A DNA stretch of 64,000 bases from Candidatus Altimarinota bacterium (GTDB taxonomy: Bacteria > Patescibacteriota > Gracilibacteria > JBDHUY01): NCBI GenBank assembly GCA_039809385.1, contig JBDHUY010000008.1:1-64000 (forward strand), written 5' to 3'. Shown in pieces: positions 40,749 to 50,900 of this stretch. A program made the position numbers and the translations under genes. The notes below the pieces were generated by a model. That model saw only the letters and a program-made list of their open reading frames with translations. It had not been told where the DNA came from and did not search any database. Each line of letters begins with the position of its first letter. Positions within the stretch are counted from its first letter, which is position 1.

Positions 40749-41363
40749 TTAAGGTTCCAGAGTAAGAAGCAGACCCGGGGAAACAGGTTTTTCCAGTATC
40801 GGATAAATAGTATTGCCCAGAACGCGTGTGGCCGTAGTGTGGGCTTCCGCATGTTCCTGGAAATCGAAAAAGTCGATGGTGCTGGAAGAAAGCGCGGCAA
40901 CCGGTTTGACCTTCAACTGGATACGTTCGACCAGAACAGGAGAAGTGTGCTGCGGACGCAGCAGTGATTTGCCGATCCGCACTACCCCTTGTTCATTATC
41001 AAAGTCATGTTCCTGCGGGGCGCTTAGTTCAAAGTCGTTCTTACTATCATCCGGATGAAAGCCCACGACTTCGAGTTTGCTCGCATCGAACGAAAGCCAG
41101 CTACGTACCGAATCCACAGTCCCATTTTCAGGCAAAGTAAGTTCTACGTTGACCCAGAAGGTCTGATTGCTTTTCAGTTTTTGAGTATCCGTATTAAGCG
41201 ATAAAGAGGCTTTCCGGTTCTTGGCCTGTTCTGCTTTGATCATCTGGGGTAAAGCGCTCCTGTGGATGCTTTCCGAAGAAGTCCCTTCAATCCCAGGCTG
41301 GCCGGAAGGTGTACATCCGGTAATGAGGAGCAAACCGATGATGAGAGATACAAGCTTTTTCAT
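40749..41363 (-). CDS. Cohesin-domain lipoprotein
   Basis: MKKLVSLIIGLLLITGC lipobox; FWVNVEL...SWLSFDASKLEVV...GVVRIG; paralogous to the cohesin of the 39498 gene. Confidence 0.8.
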   Translation of the reverse strand: MKKLVSLIIGLLLITGCTPSGQPGIEGTSSESIHRSALPQMIKAEQAKNRKASLSLNTDTQKLKSNQTFWVNVELTLPENGTVDSVRSWLSFDASKLEVVGFHPDDSKNDFELSAPQEHDFDNEQGVVRIGKSLLRPQHTSPVLVERIQLKVKPVAALSSSTIDFFDFQEHAEAHTTATRVLGNTIYPILEKPVSPGLLLTLEP

Positions 41364-41505
41364 GAGAGGAAACACGGGGAAGTAGAAAGTATCTGGTATT
41401 TAGTATCTAGTATCTGAATTCTGACTGCTGACCGCCGGCAGACAGACACAGAGGGCTGCTTCTGCTAACCGCTAACCCCTGATTGCCGACCATCGCTGAC
41501 CGTCC

Positions 41506-44500
41506 TTAGCTGTTCCGGTTGGCGTTCAAGATCGGATTGCTATTCGTATTATTCTGATTGGAACCCGCGCTATTTACATTTTTATTTTCTTGAGGAGGTG
41601 CGCCCTTACAATCGCTGTAGCCGCGGAAACAGCCGTAATCGAACGAGAAGATGGTAAAATCGGCAAAATCGACGCGGCCGTTTTTATCCAGATCGGAGCG
41701 CAGGGCATTGATAAATCCTTTGAAGAAGACCTCAATCCCCAAAGCTCCCACGGGCGTGCCGCTACAGCTTTGCACATTTTTGATAGTAATTCCGTAGTTA
41801 AGGCCCGAAGTCTGTTCTTCAGTCTTCAGTACAATCGTATTTTCATTCTTAAATCCGCTGCTGATAACTTCCAGTTCACGTCTCGAATTGGCTACGTCGA
41901 AGACTCTGAAATCCGAGCCGTCGGGTGACACCGACGAGGATTTGACACAACGCCAGAATTCCAATTCGACCGTCGTGGAATTAGGAGTATCTGTCAGTTT
42001 TACCTCGGGCGCGCGGCTATCAAATTTGAAGCCGCGAAAGTTCGACTGGTCGCCAAACCCGCTACGGAGAGAATTGCCGTTTTGGTCTTTGATGCGGGTA
42101 TCGACTTTAACAGTATAGGCCTTGTCTGCTTCCTGTGTGGCGGTTGTCAATACGACGATATAACTGCTAGTCGTCAATGTTGCCCCTGAAACCAGGAGCC
42201 GGCGACTGATATCGCCCCGATCAAAGATTTGAAAGTTAGCGCCCGACGTCTGGACCGTATCGGCATTGAGAGGCGCACTGAAACGTACTTCCAATTTATC
42301 CGCAGCAATCGCGGTAGCGGCTTCTATGGCAGGCGCGGTAACGCCGCTGGGGTTCGTGTCGACAACCCGCAACAAGATTTTACCCGCAGCTACGGCTCCC
42401 GATTTGTCCGTTGCGGTAATAAGTAACTCGTAGGGAGCAGAAGAAGGAGCGACTAATGGCGGAATATTGCCGCAAAACTTGAACCACTTCCCTTTGCCCT
42501 CGGTACGATCTTCTTCCATTTTATTGACCGGACTATTGCCCAACTCGCGCAGATCCAGATTCGCCTGAACGATATCGGCCGGACCGTCGGGATCGGTAAT
42601 AAAGGCATATGAGCAGACTTGCGTCTTACCATCGTTGGCAACGGTAGCCGGACTGCTATACGAACGGTTTGAATCGACCAGGGGCGCGTTTTTAACAAGA
42701 TCAGGAGAGACAACCTCGATTTCGAGGTCACGTTCACCGGTATTACTCTGTTTGTCGGTAACGGTGAGCGTAATACGATATTTTCCTTGTCCGGTGGTAG
42801 TAGGAACTTTTATATCTTTGAGTTCGTACCAGCTGCCCCGGCCTGCTGCGGCGCCTTTGCTGAGCTCTTTGGGAGCTATCCCGAGCTGGCCGAACGAAGC
42901 GGTTACTTTGCCGATATCGTCATCGCCGTCCTGATCTTCTACGAGCGCAAAGACGGAGAAAGTAGTGGTATTGTCCGGCGGAACGCGATTTGGCGAAACA
43001 TAAGATTCGGATAAAATCCGGGGGGCGTTGACATCGTTGGAAACCCGGATCGACACTGTGCCATTGGCAGTTTCTCCGGTAACATTGCTGGCGGTAATCG
43101 TGGCAATATAGGAGCCTTCGGCAATCTGGGGATTGACAGTGGCGCCTTCGGCTTTGAACCAGAACCCGTTGCCCACGGCCTCGCCGTCTTTGGTCATGGT
43201 TTTAACCGAATCTCCGACAACCGAAAGATCGGCAACTACTTTGCCAATCTTATCGGCTCCGTCGTCGTTGGTAACATAGGTGTATAACGTAAAGGTGGTT
43301 TTACCGTTATTGGGTACGGCGGGAGAAATGGTATATCCCTGACGTACCAGCGGCAAAACGCCGGTCTGTACGTCGTTTACCACAATAATATTGATTTTTC
43401 CGGCGGCGACTTTGCCGATCCGGTTGGTTGCCGTGACAGTTACCTGGTACGGGGTGCTGCTGGTAGCAACGGTATTAGGAATTTTTATATCCGGGAGAAC
43501 AAACCACTGACTTTTATCGACGATCCGATTCGCCGTCATACGATTGCTGGCAGCCCCGCCGATCGGCGCGAGGTTGGCGTCTACGTATTCCAGATCCTCG
43601 ACACCCCGCAGATCATCTATCTTTACCCACAGGGTCGTGGTCATCGTATTGTCGTTTTTGACGCGCGCCGGGCTAAAATACGAAGCTTTTTCGTCGACGC
43701 TGAGACCTTCGGCCTGATCCAGAATGGTAAAAGCACCTTCTTTGTCAATACGTTGACCATTGCTTCCCAAGACCGAAATGCTACAAATACCGGACGGGGC
43801 GGTCGCGGGAACGCGTCCGCTGATTTCACTGCTATTGACGGTGACTGCAGTAAGAGCGGTGTTACAAACCCGCACTTCCTGAACTGAGGAGGGTAAATTG
43901 CGTCCCTTTATGACGATACTGGTTTCCTGACCTTTGAGAGCAAAATCGGGCGTGATACTTTGGATAAAGGCGTCACTGCCGGGCAGAGATCCGCCCGAAA
44001 CGGTAATTTTGCCGTTTTGCGAAGTTACCGGCAAGGTCGTACCGTTTTGATCGGCAATCGTCGTGGTAGCAATCGTAAGAGGGATCTGGCTTCCGGAAGT
44101 AACGCTTGATTTCACTTCGACATTCAGTTTCAGCACGGTAGTATTGGGAGCGATATCGATTCCGGTAGCCTGGGCCATGGCTATCTGGATCCGCCCGGGA
44201 TCGTTGGTATTTTTTACGATCAAAAAGCCGGAAGTGGCTAAACCGGTATTAGAAGCGTCAAAGATCGAGATCTGATCCGCCGGATAGCTCACTACCAGCT
44301 GAATTCCAGCCACTTTGGCGAGTGATTTTCCGATTTTTACTTCGACTTCGCCGGTTTGGCCGGAGCTGGCCTGATAGTTTTGCGGAATATACAGATCGGC
44401 GGTTTGAGACGTACCCGTATTCGTCGGAAAGAGGCTCGTAAAAAGATACGGACTGGATCCAAAGAGCAGCGTCAGTACCAATACAGCTGCGAAAACGATC

Positions 44501-44541
44501 AATCCAGTTATTTTTTTAGACAGCCGCGGGGTGTTTTGCAT
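41506..44541 (-). CDS. Cohesin + IPT/TIG + 4 repeated Ig-like + 2 SbsA/Big-like + dockerin-like surface protein
   Basis: VAGIQLVVSYPADQI...GRIQIAMA...QNGKITV; IQSITPDF; four SPxxVxNxxxT..DxDGxxDIxxVxAxL repeats; RSDLDKNGRVDFADF EF-loop. Confidence 0.85.
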   Translation of the reverse strand: MQNTPRLSKKITGLIVFAAVLVLTLLFGSSPYLFTSLFPTNTGTSQTADLYIPQNYQASSGQTGEVEVKIGKSLAKVAGIQLVVSYPADQISIFDASNTGLATSGFLIVKNTNDPGRIQIAMAQATGIDIAPNTTVLKLNVEVKSSVTSGSQIPLTIATTTIADQNGTTLPVTSQNGKITVSGGSLPGSDAFIQSITPDFALKGQETSIVIKGRNLPSSVQEVRVCNTALTAVTVNSSEISGRVPATAPSGICSISVLGSNGQRIDKEGAFTILDQAEGLSVDEKASYFSPARVKNDNTMTTTLWVKIDDLRGVEDLEYVDANLAPIGGAASNRMTANRIVDKSQWFVLPDIKIPNTVATSSTPYQVTVTATNRIGKVAAGKINIIVVNDVQTGVLPLVRQGYTISPAVPNNGKTTFTLYTYVTNDDGADKIGKVVADLSVVGDSVKTMTKDGEAVGNGFWFKAEGATVNPQIAEGSYIATITASNVTGETANGTVSIRVSNDVNAPRILSESYVSPNRVPPDNTTTFSVFALVEDQDGDDDIGKVTASFGQLGIAPKELSKGAAAGRGSWYELKDIKVPTTTGQGKYRITLTVTDKQSNTGERDLEIEVVSPDLVKNAPLVDSNRSYSSPATVANDGKTQVCSYAFITDPDGPADIVQANLDLRELGNSPVNKMEEDRTEGKGKWFKFCGNIPPLVAPSSAPYELLITATDKSGAVAAGKILLRVVDTNPSGVTAPAIEAATAIAADKLEVRFSAPLNADTVQTSGANFQIFDRGDISRRLLVSGATLTTSSYIVVLTTATQEADKAYTVKVDTRIKDQNGNSLRSGFGDQSNFRGFKFDSRAPEVKLTDTPNSTTVELEFWRCVKSSSVSPDGSDFRVFDVANSRRELEVISSGFKNENTIVLKTEEQTSGLNYGITIKNVQSCSGTPVGALGIEVFFKGFINALRSDLDKNGRVDFADFTIFSFDYGCFRGYSDCKGAPPQENKNVNSAGSNQNNTNSNPILNANRNS

Positions 44542-44729
44542 GTTAGTTTGGGTATGTGGTTTTTTACCAGAAAATCAAGAAAGTATATCAAAAAAACATG
44601 GTTTTTGTAAGATTCCGGCATACGAATAGGCTTTACAGATTATTTTTTAGTATCTAATAGCATTCCTCTTGATCGGGCAGGGAGTTGTGCTATAGTACCT
44701 CCCAACTTTTGACGTTTTTCCCTAAACCT

Positions 44730-46235
44730 ATGATCCAAAATTTAGAGAGCTTTAAAACGGATTCTCTTCTGTTACAGCGGACGCTTGAGATCTTCAGCGA
44801 TATAACCGATATTCCGCGCCCGTCCAAAGGGGAAGGAAAAATCCAAAAATTCCTATACGAATTCGCTGAAAAACAAGGATGGCAAGTATTCAAAGACACA
44901 ACCGGCAATCTGGTTGTCCATGTCCCGCCTACTCCCGGACAAGCAAAGAAGAAAAGGATAGTCTTGCAGGGACACATGGACATGGTCAATATGGGAGGCA
45001 ACGAGTCCAAAGCAACCGATGCCCATATCCAGAACGAGACGATCGAGATGGATAGCGGAGAGACAGAACACCCGTTTTTAAAGACCATACAGAATGAAAC
45101 GACCCTCGGAGCAGACAACGCCTTATTCGGGATTGCTGCACCGTTAGCCTTTTTGTCGGATACGACGGTTCAGCACGGTCCAATAACGCTTATCTTTACC
45201 GTGGACGAAGAAGATGGCATGAGTGGGGCGAGAAATCTGGATAAAAATCTACTGCCTCAGGATGCTGCGATGATCTTTAATCTGGATGCCGAAAACCGCG
45301 GCATGGTCTTTGCCGGTGCAGCCGGGAATCGGAGTGTAGATGCTTCGATGAAAATTAGCGAACGAACGGATATTCTGGAAACACACAACGTGTACACCTT
45401 GACTCTCAGGTTACCAGGGTTGGATAACCGCCATTCGGGAAGCGGACTGGGCTGGAAAAACGGGAATATCAGCGCAACCGAAATTTTGATGAACCATTTG
45501 CAACCTCTTCTAAAAAAATATCCGGAAGATATACAGTTCATTGCCTTTGACGGTGGAGACGCCCCCAATGCCATCCCCGAGACCTTTTCGGTCCAGCTGG
45601 CAATTCCACCCCATATTATTAATGAATTGATGCTGCTGACCCGACCCGCGACTCCGTTTCCGTTTGAGGGCAAGCTCGTCATACAAGAGAACCTTCAACC
45701 GGAACTCAAAGCACTCCGTCATGAAATTGCGCAAAAGGTGCTAAGCGTTCTCACAGAGTCTCCCAAAGGGCCTACGATTCGATCTGAAGATGCTCCGTTC
45801 GTACTGGTTTCGAACAATATCGGACAGATTACTACCGATGAAAAATCGATTAGCCTCCGCAGTCTGGCTCGAGCAGCCACAAAAGAGGGATTGGATGAAA
45901 TTGTCGATCAAATGACAACTATTCTGGGAAAAAATGACTTTCAGATCTCTTTGGGAGAATACAATCCGCCCTGGGAAAATGAAGAGCCTTTGCCCGCAGT
46001 CCAGCTGGTCAGAGAAGCTATGCAAGCAGTCTTAGGAATAGAGCCACGGATCGTGCAGATTCACGCATCGGTGGAGACAGGCCTCGTACGCGACAAATTT
46101 GATTCGCAAGACATTTCGGCAGCCTCGTTCGGCGTCGCTATCCACGGAGCTCATTCCAAAAAAGAGAGAGCCGATCTGGTCTCTCTGGAGGAATCGCTGA
46201 ACGTACTCCGATATATCCTGGAACACAGTCCCTAA
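44730..46235 (+). CDS. pepD: Aminoacyl-histidine dipeptidase (M20C)
   Basis: IPRPSKGE, LQGHMDMV, TTLGADN, TVDEEDGM, NLDAE, IHASVETG, HGAHSKKE. Confidence 0.88.
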   Translation: MIQNLESFKTDSLLLQRTLEIFSDITDIPRPSKGEGKIQKFLYEFAEKQGWQVFKDTTGNLVVHVPPTPGQAKKKRIVLQGHMDMVNMGGNESKATDAHIQNETIEMDSGETEHPFLKTIQNETTLGADNALFGIAAPLAFLSDTTVQHGPITLIFTVDEEDGMSGARNLDKNLLPQDAAMIFNLDAENRGMVFAGAAGNRSVDASMKISERTDILETHNVYTLTLRLPGLDNRHSGSGLGWKNGNISATEILMNHLQPLLKKYPEDIQFIAFDGGDAPNAIPETFSVQLAIPPHIINELMLLTRPATPFPFEGKLVIQENLQPELKALRHEIAQKVLSVLTESPKGPTIRSEDAPFVLVSNNIGQITTDEKSISLRSLARAATKEGLDEIVDQMTTILGKNDFQISLGEYNPPWENEEPLPAVQLVREAMQAVLGIEPRIVQIHASVETGLVRDKFDSQDISAASFGVAIHGAHSKKERADLVSLEESLNVLRYILEHSP

Positions 46236-46241
46236 TTGCGT

Positions 46242-46745
46242 TTATAGCGAAATATCAGCTTTCACAGGCGGGAGAAGTTGCGTACGAAATTCATCGTCAA
46301 ATACCTGAATCTCACCCAGAGACAGGACCGTGGCAGACTTTTTCAAGATCAGGAAATGAAAGGTAAGAAATTTTTGATCCTGCGGATCGGCCTCTTTGGC
46401 CGAGGCGAGCGCAAAAGAAACGGTATTTTTTTCGGTATTGGTCGTAAGCAGAAAATCATCGAGCACTTTATGCTTTTCCACCGAGAGGAATTGCAGGGTT
46501 TCGGGATCAAAGGCGAGGCTTGCCGAAAGACCGCTCATCTTACGGAGTTCCTGCCCCTGCAGTACTATCTCAAGACGGCTGCCCTGAATCGTGGGATTCA
46601 GAAACCGGAGCGTTTGCTCGGGAGCGCTGCTGTGCTGGGACTCAGTAGGTGGAAGAGTCGGGCTGGAAGGAGCATTGCTAAAAGAGCAGGCTGTGCACAA
46701 CAACAGGATTCCCGAAAAGACAAAAGTGAGAGGACGAAAGCGCAT
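46242..46745 (-). CDS. Cohesin-domain lipoprotein
   Basis: ILLLCTAC lipobox; MSGLSASLAFDPETLQFLSVEK...VSFALAS...LTFHF. Confidence 0.8.
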   Translation of the reverse strand: MRFRPLTFVFSGILLLCTACSFSNAPSSPTLPPTESQHSSAPEQTLRFLNPTIQGSRLEIVLQGQELRKMSGLSASLAFDPETLQFLSVEKHKVLDDFLLTTNTEKNTVSFALASAKEADPQDQKFLTFHFLILKKSATVLSLGEIQVFDDEFRTQLLPPVKADISL

Positions 46746-46756
46746 AGATAGTTTTT

Positions 46757-46884
46757 ATACTACTTCGCTCATCAGATGATTACCATTACCCAATACTACG
46801 AAGCTTGAAATAAGCTTGCTATAGGGCAATTATCATGAAATGCTTCGTAGTATCATTAATATAAGATTGAAAGCGAAGGAGTAT
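46757..46884. mobile_element. MITE-like element, copy 2
   Basis: Terminal inverted repeats atactacttcgct / agcgaaggagtat (12 of 13 match); internal hairpin tactacgaagc...gcttcgtagta. Confidence 0.65.
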
Positions 46885-47108
46885 TATTTTTTTTGACGGG
46901 CTTCGATTGCAGTGAGAAAATCGAGAACACGGTCCAGTACGGCTTCTTCTTCTTTTTGCTCGCGGATTGCTAGAACAAGCGCTTTTCCCAACATATCGAT
47001 CTCGGCTGTAGTAAGATCCGAAACGCGGCGTAAAAGGTCTTCTTTTACATCGGACGACAGGAGATTAGAAGCCTGAATCAATTCGCGTAACGCTGCTAGT
47101 TTATTCAT
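46884..47108 (-). CDS. Small hypothetical protein
   Basis: MNKLAALRELIQASNLLS..., 74 aa, 7 bp downstream of the 47116 gene. Confidence 0.6.
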   Translation of the reverse strand: MNKLAALRELIQASNLLSSDVKEDLLRRVSDLTTAEIDMLGKALVLAIREQKEEEAVLDRVLDFLTAIEARQKK

Positions 47109-47115
47109 AGTTTTT

Positions 47116-47727
47116 TTAAGAAAAGGCATCCAATGCTGCTGGGGACACACCAGGAGATCTGAGCGCATCCCGAATCTTGCGCCAACCTAATATCACCCGT
47201 GGAAGGTCGGCTTTTCCCTGTAAAAATGTTTCAACCAGATGGGTAGGAAGAATTCCTGCCAAAAGAGCATCAGGGATTTCCGGTATAAGCGCCCAGCCTA
47301 CTGCCACATCAGGGGTAGGATCTATGGGAACATTTACTTTGAACCAGGCTAGGAAGGTTTTTACAATTTTTGCGCCATCCGCTCCCCACGACAGAGCTTC
47401 ACCACCAAAAAGAATTGGCACTACGTCCGACACGGATATACCCAAGTTAATTACTAATCGGTACAAAGCCTCGACCGCCACCGCAACATCCGGATCTTCA
47501 GCAAGATACTGTAGGGTATCGGGAGTCATATTTTTCCTCCTCCCGGTGAGGGTTGCCACCGTTTGAATCAGAGCATATCGGCCAGGTCCGTCCAGCACTT
47601 GACGCACCTTTTCGCCGACACCTTTCTGAACCTTGTCTGAAAATCGCGCAAATTCCGGAGATCCAGGTTTTCCTTTTCTTTCTATACTTACTGAAGGTTG
47701 TCGAGATGAATTTTCACGTAATGGCAT
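47116..47727 (-). CDS. Hypothetical protein
   Basis: 203-aa ATG ORF. Confidence 0.7.
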   Translation of the reverse strand: MPLRENSSRQPSVSIERKGKPGSPEFARFSDKVQKGVGEKVRQVLDGPGRYALIQTVATLTGRRKNMTPDTLQYLAEDPDVAVAVEALYRLVINLGISVSDVVPILFGGEALSWGADGAKIVKTFLAWFKVNVPIDPTPDVAVGWALIPEIPDALLAGILPTHLVETFLQGKADLPRVILGWRKIRDALRSPGVSPAALDAFS

Positions 47728-47905
47728 ATGATGGAAGATGAGAATAAATTTATCCCATTGTAATTAAACGGATAGCGTTAGCAACGTATTTGTTATTAAG
47801 GATTTTACCTCCTAAGATCGGGGTGATTTGGCAGTCCTAATAAAACGTTTCATTTCTTTTTTTACCCAAGGCAGACACGTGGGGCTGCCCCTACGCTACT
47901 CGCTT

Positions 47906-50900
47906 CTACCGGGTCAACTCCCTAAGCGCGCAGATCGCTTCGGGCACGCCGATCCGTCCGTCACCGTTGATATCTGCGAAAATATTGATAAACGGATCAG
48001 TCTGCTTCTTCGTTCCGACCGCCGCCTGCAGCGCAAAGATCGGATCCAGAATATCAAACTGGCCGTTCCCATTCACGTCACACTTATTCACTTCCGACAC
48101 CACCCGCAGGGGCACTGTCAGGCGCCGATCGATCTTGTTATCGGCACAACTGGTCGCCTGCACCCGGATCGGGTACGTACCGTTTTGTACGGTAAATGGT
48201 ACTCTAAATTCGAGATAGTACCAGCGCCCCCGGCCTTCGGACTCGGCAGGTTGCAAACGCCATTGACTGTTACAATCCCCGATCTGCGATCCGCTGCCGG
48301 TACACACGGGAGCAATATTAAGCTGCGAAAGATCGGCAGAAACTACACAGATATCATCCCTGTTGCCGCTATCGCTTTCGACAAACACCCAGAAACGCGT
48401 ACTGTAGCCACGAGCGACCGGGTTAGGATTGAAATGAGGTTCGTACCCAGCCGGATTGACCTCTGGAAAGGTCGGATTCACGGCTATGGTAATCGCATTG
48501 CTGGTCAAACTGTTAAACGTCCCCGAAATGCGGGTCGTACCAGTTTTTTTGGCAGCGAAGAGTCCTAGCGAATCAACCGCACCGATATCGGCATTACTGC
48601 TTGACCAGCTGAGCGCGGAAGTCACATCGACAAATTTGGTTTGGCCTGTCGCGGGATCTTTGTATTCGGCCAGCGCCTTGAGCGGAATAGTACCACCGAT
48701 ATCGGCCCCGAGTGAAATATTCAGCGGGAACGTCCCCTGCTCCTGTACCAGATTGGTAGTCGTAATATCAAAGGTCGGCTGGGAACCGCTGTAACGGACC
48801 GTAACGAGCGCATAGGCTTTATTTTGACCACTGCTCAGAGTCAGTACATCTTGGCCGCTGATAGAACCGGCGGTGTAGGTAACGGACTCGCCGGCTGTCC
48901 GGTCAAGAGAACCGCCTGCATTTCCGCGTAACGACCAAGTGACCGCGTTACTGCTGCTGAGACGCGAAACTGCGCGGAACGAGACAGTATTGTTCGTCAC
49001 TTGGTAACCGATCATCAGATCGTTAAACGGATTGGTAACGATATAGAGGTTTTGAAGCTGTAATTTACAGGTATCATCCGAAACGCACTGACGCTGGCCG
49101 CTGCCCGGAACTTTTTTACACACGTTAGTGCCGGCTTCGCAGACCGCATCGAAACAACTATCGTCCGAGGAACATTGCTTCTGTCCGGTACCGGGAATCG
49201 TGGCACACTGCAGATTCTGGCAGATCCGGTCGCTACAGCGGTCGGAGTTGGGCGTGGTGGTAAACGTACACTGGCCGTTAGTACATTGCCAGTCGGTGGT
49301 TTCGGTCGTCCCATTACACATCTGACTGGGGCGGCACTCGTCTTTGACGTTACAGGTTTTGAGCGCAATGTTAAACGTATTGCTACCGCGATTGATGGTT
49401 AAAGCGGTAGTTACAGCCGGGTCGTCTTTACACGGAGAAGCCACGTTCGTAACGCCTACGGTATAACCGACATTCGAAGGAATAGCTTCAATGATATAAT
49501 TACCATCACTCCCGGTGGTAACGGGTCCGAGCGTAACACCTTTGGAAATGCTCACCCGGGCACCCGACACGGGATTATTGTTACACGTAACTTTTCCGGT
49601 CAAAGTACCGTTATTATTGCCATTGCCGTTTTGATTCTGACCGCCTCCCCCGCCATTAGTATTGAAATTCTGCCCACTGTTATTGTTGAGGTTACCGTTC
49701 TGTCCGCTGCCGTTATTCTGATTTTGATTGAGAACGCCATTCTGGTTCCCGTTTTGCGAACCGTTCTGATTCCCGTTGGAAGAAGAAGCTGCGCACACAA
49801 ATATATAGCTGTGATTTTCGATGATATTCGATACGGTGAAAGTAAGTGTATTTCCGTTCACATTACTCATATTGCTTTGAATATTGGAAAGAGGCGTACC
49901 ATTATCCTTGATCGCATTCAACTGAAAACCCGACTGAATCGTGACATCAATAGAGGCCGTACTGCCGGAAGATATCTGCTGACTGGCAGGACGAACCGAG
50001 CAGCCCGCACCTTCGGTTGCAGCAGTAACAGTAAAGGGACCGGAGCCGCCACCGCTACCCGGAACCAGCCGGAAGTTGCCACCGCTCAATGCATGCAGAC
50101 CGTTATTTCCATCAGAAATATCGACTGAGAAGCGAATTCCTGTTTCGGCTACGCTTTGCCCTGCTTTGGGTTTAAAACGGATGGTAAACAATCCGATCGG
50201 AACGCTGGAAGGAGTAAGCGCCGTCCCCGACGTCGCCTGAACATTATAAATGCCGCTGCCGATCTGCTCGGAACCGGTTGCCGTCAAAGCTCCGCCCGGA
50301 TAGGTCGAGGTAAGCGTAATCGCATTTTTATTCGGCTCAAGGTAGGCAGGTAAGTTTTCGAAGCGAAAGGTATAGCCGCGCACACTAGGCGTAGTACTGC
50401 TACCGGCCGGTTTATCGAGCGAAACTTTAATCTCTTCGGTGCCGTCCTCATTGACCCGGTAGCTCTCTTTATCCAGACAGACGCGAGCAAAATTATCCGA
50501 GATGCATACCGGATTGGCGGCCGCATTACTATTGCCATTGCCGCTACTGCTGCCCGTCGTTAAACGAAATTTACCACCGGTAAGAGAATGTAATGTATTT
50601 TGCTGATCCGACAGATCGGCTAAAAAATTTATATCGGTTGGGGTAACGGTAACACCGGCGATCGGACGAAAGCGGATCGAAAATAACGGAGTAGGCACGC
50701 TGGAAGGTGTAACGGCACTCCCCGAAGTCGCTTGGACGCGGTACTCGCCATTTTGAATCTGGTCGGCCCCGCTCGCCGTAAGGCCATTCAGCAAGGAGGT
50801 GACCGTAATATTGTTTTTAGCCGGCTGCAGATAGCCCGGCAGATTTTTAAACGTAACCGTGTAGCCACGTAAGGCCGGAGTCGCACTGCTGTTGGGAGAT

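Noticed and set aside
44730-46235. pepD as part of the cohesin-dockerin system
   Set aside because: Opposite strand, no signal peptide and no dockerin; probably an unrelated insertion.
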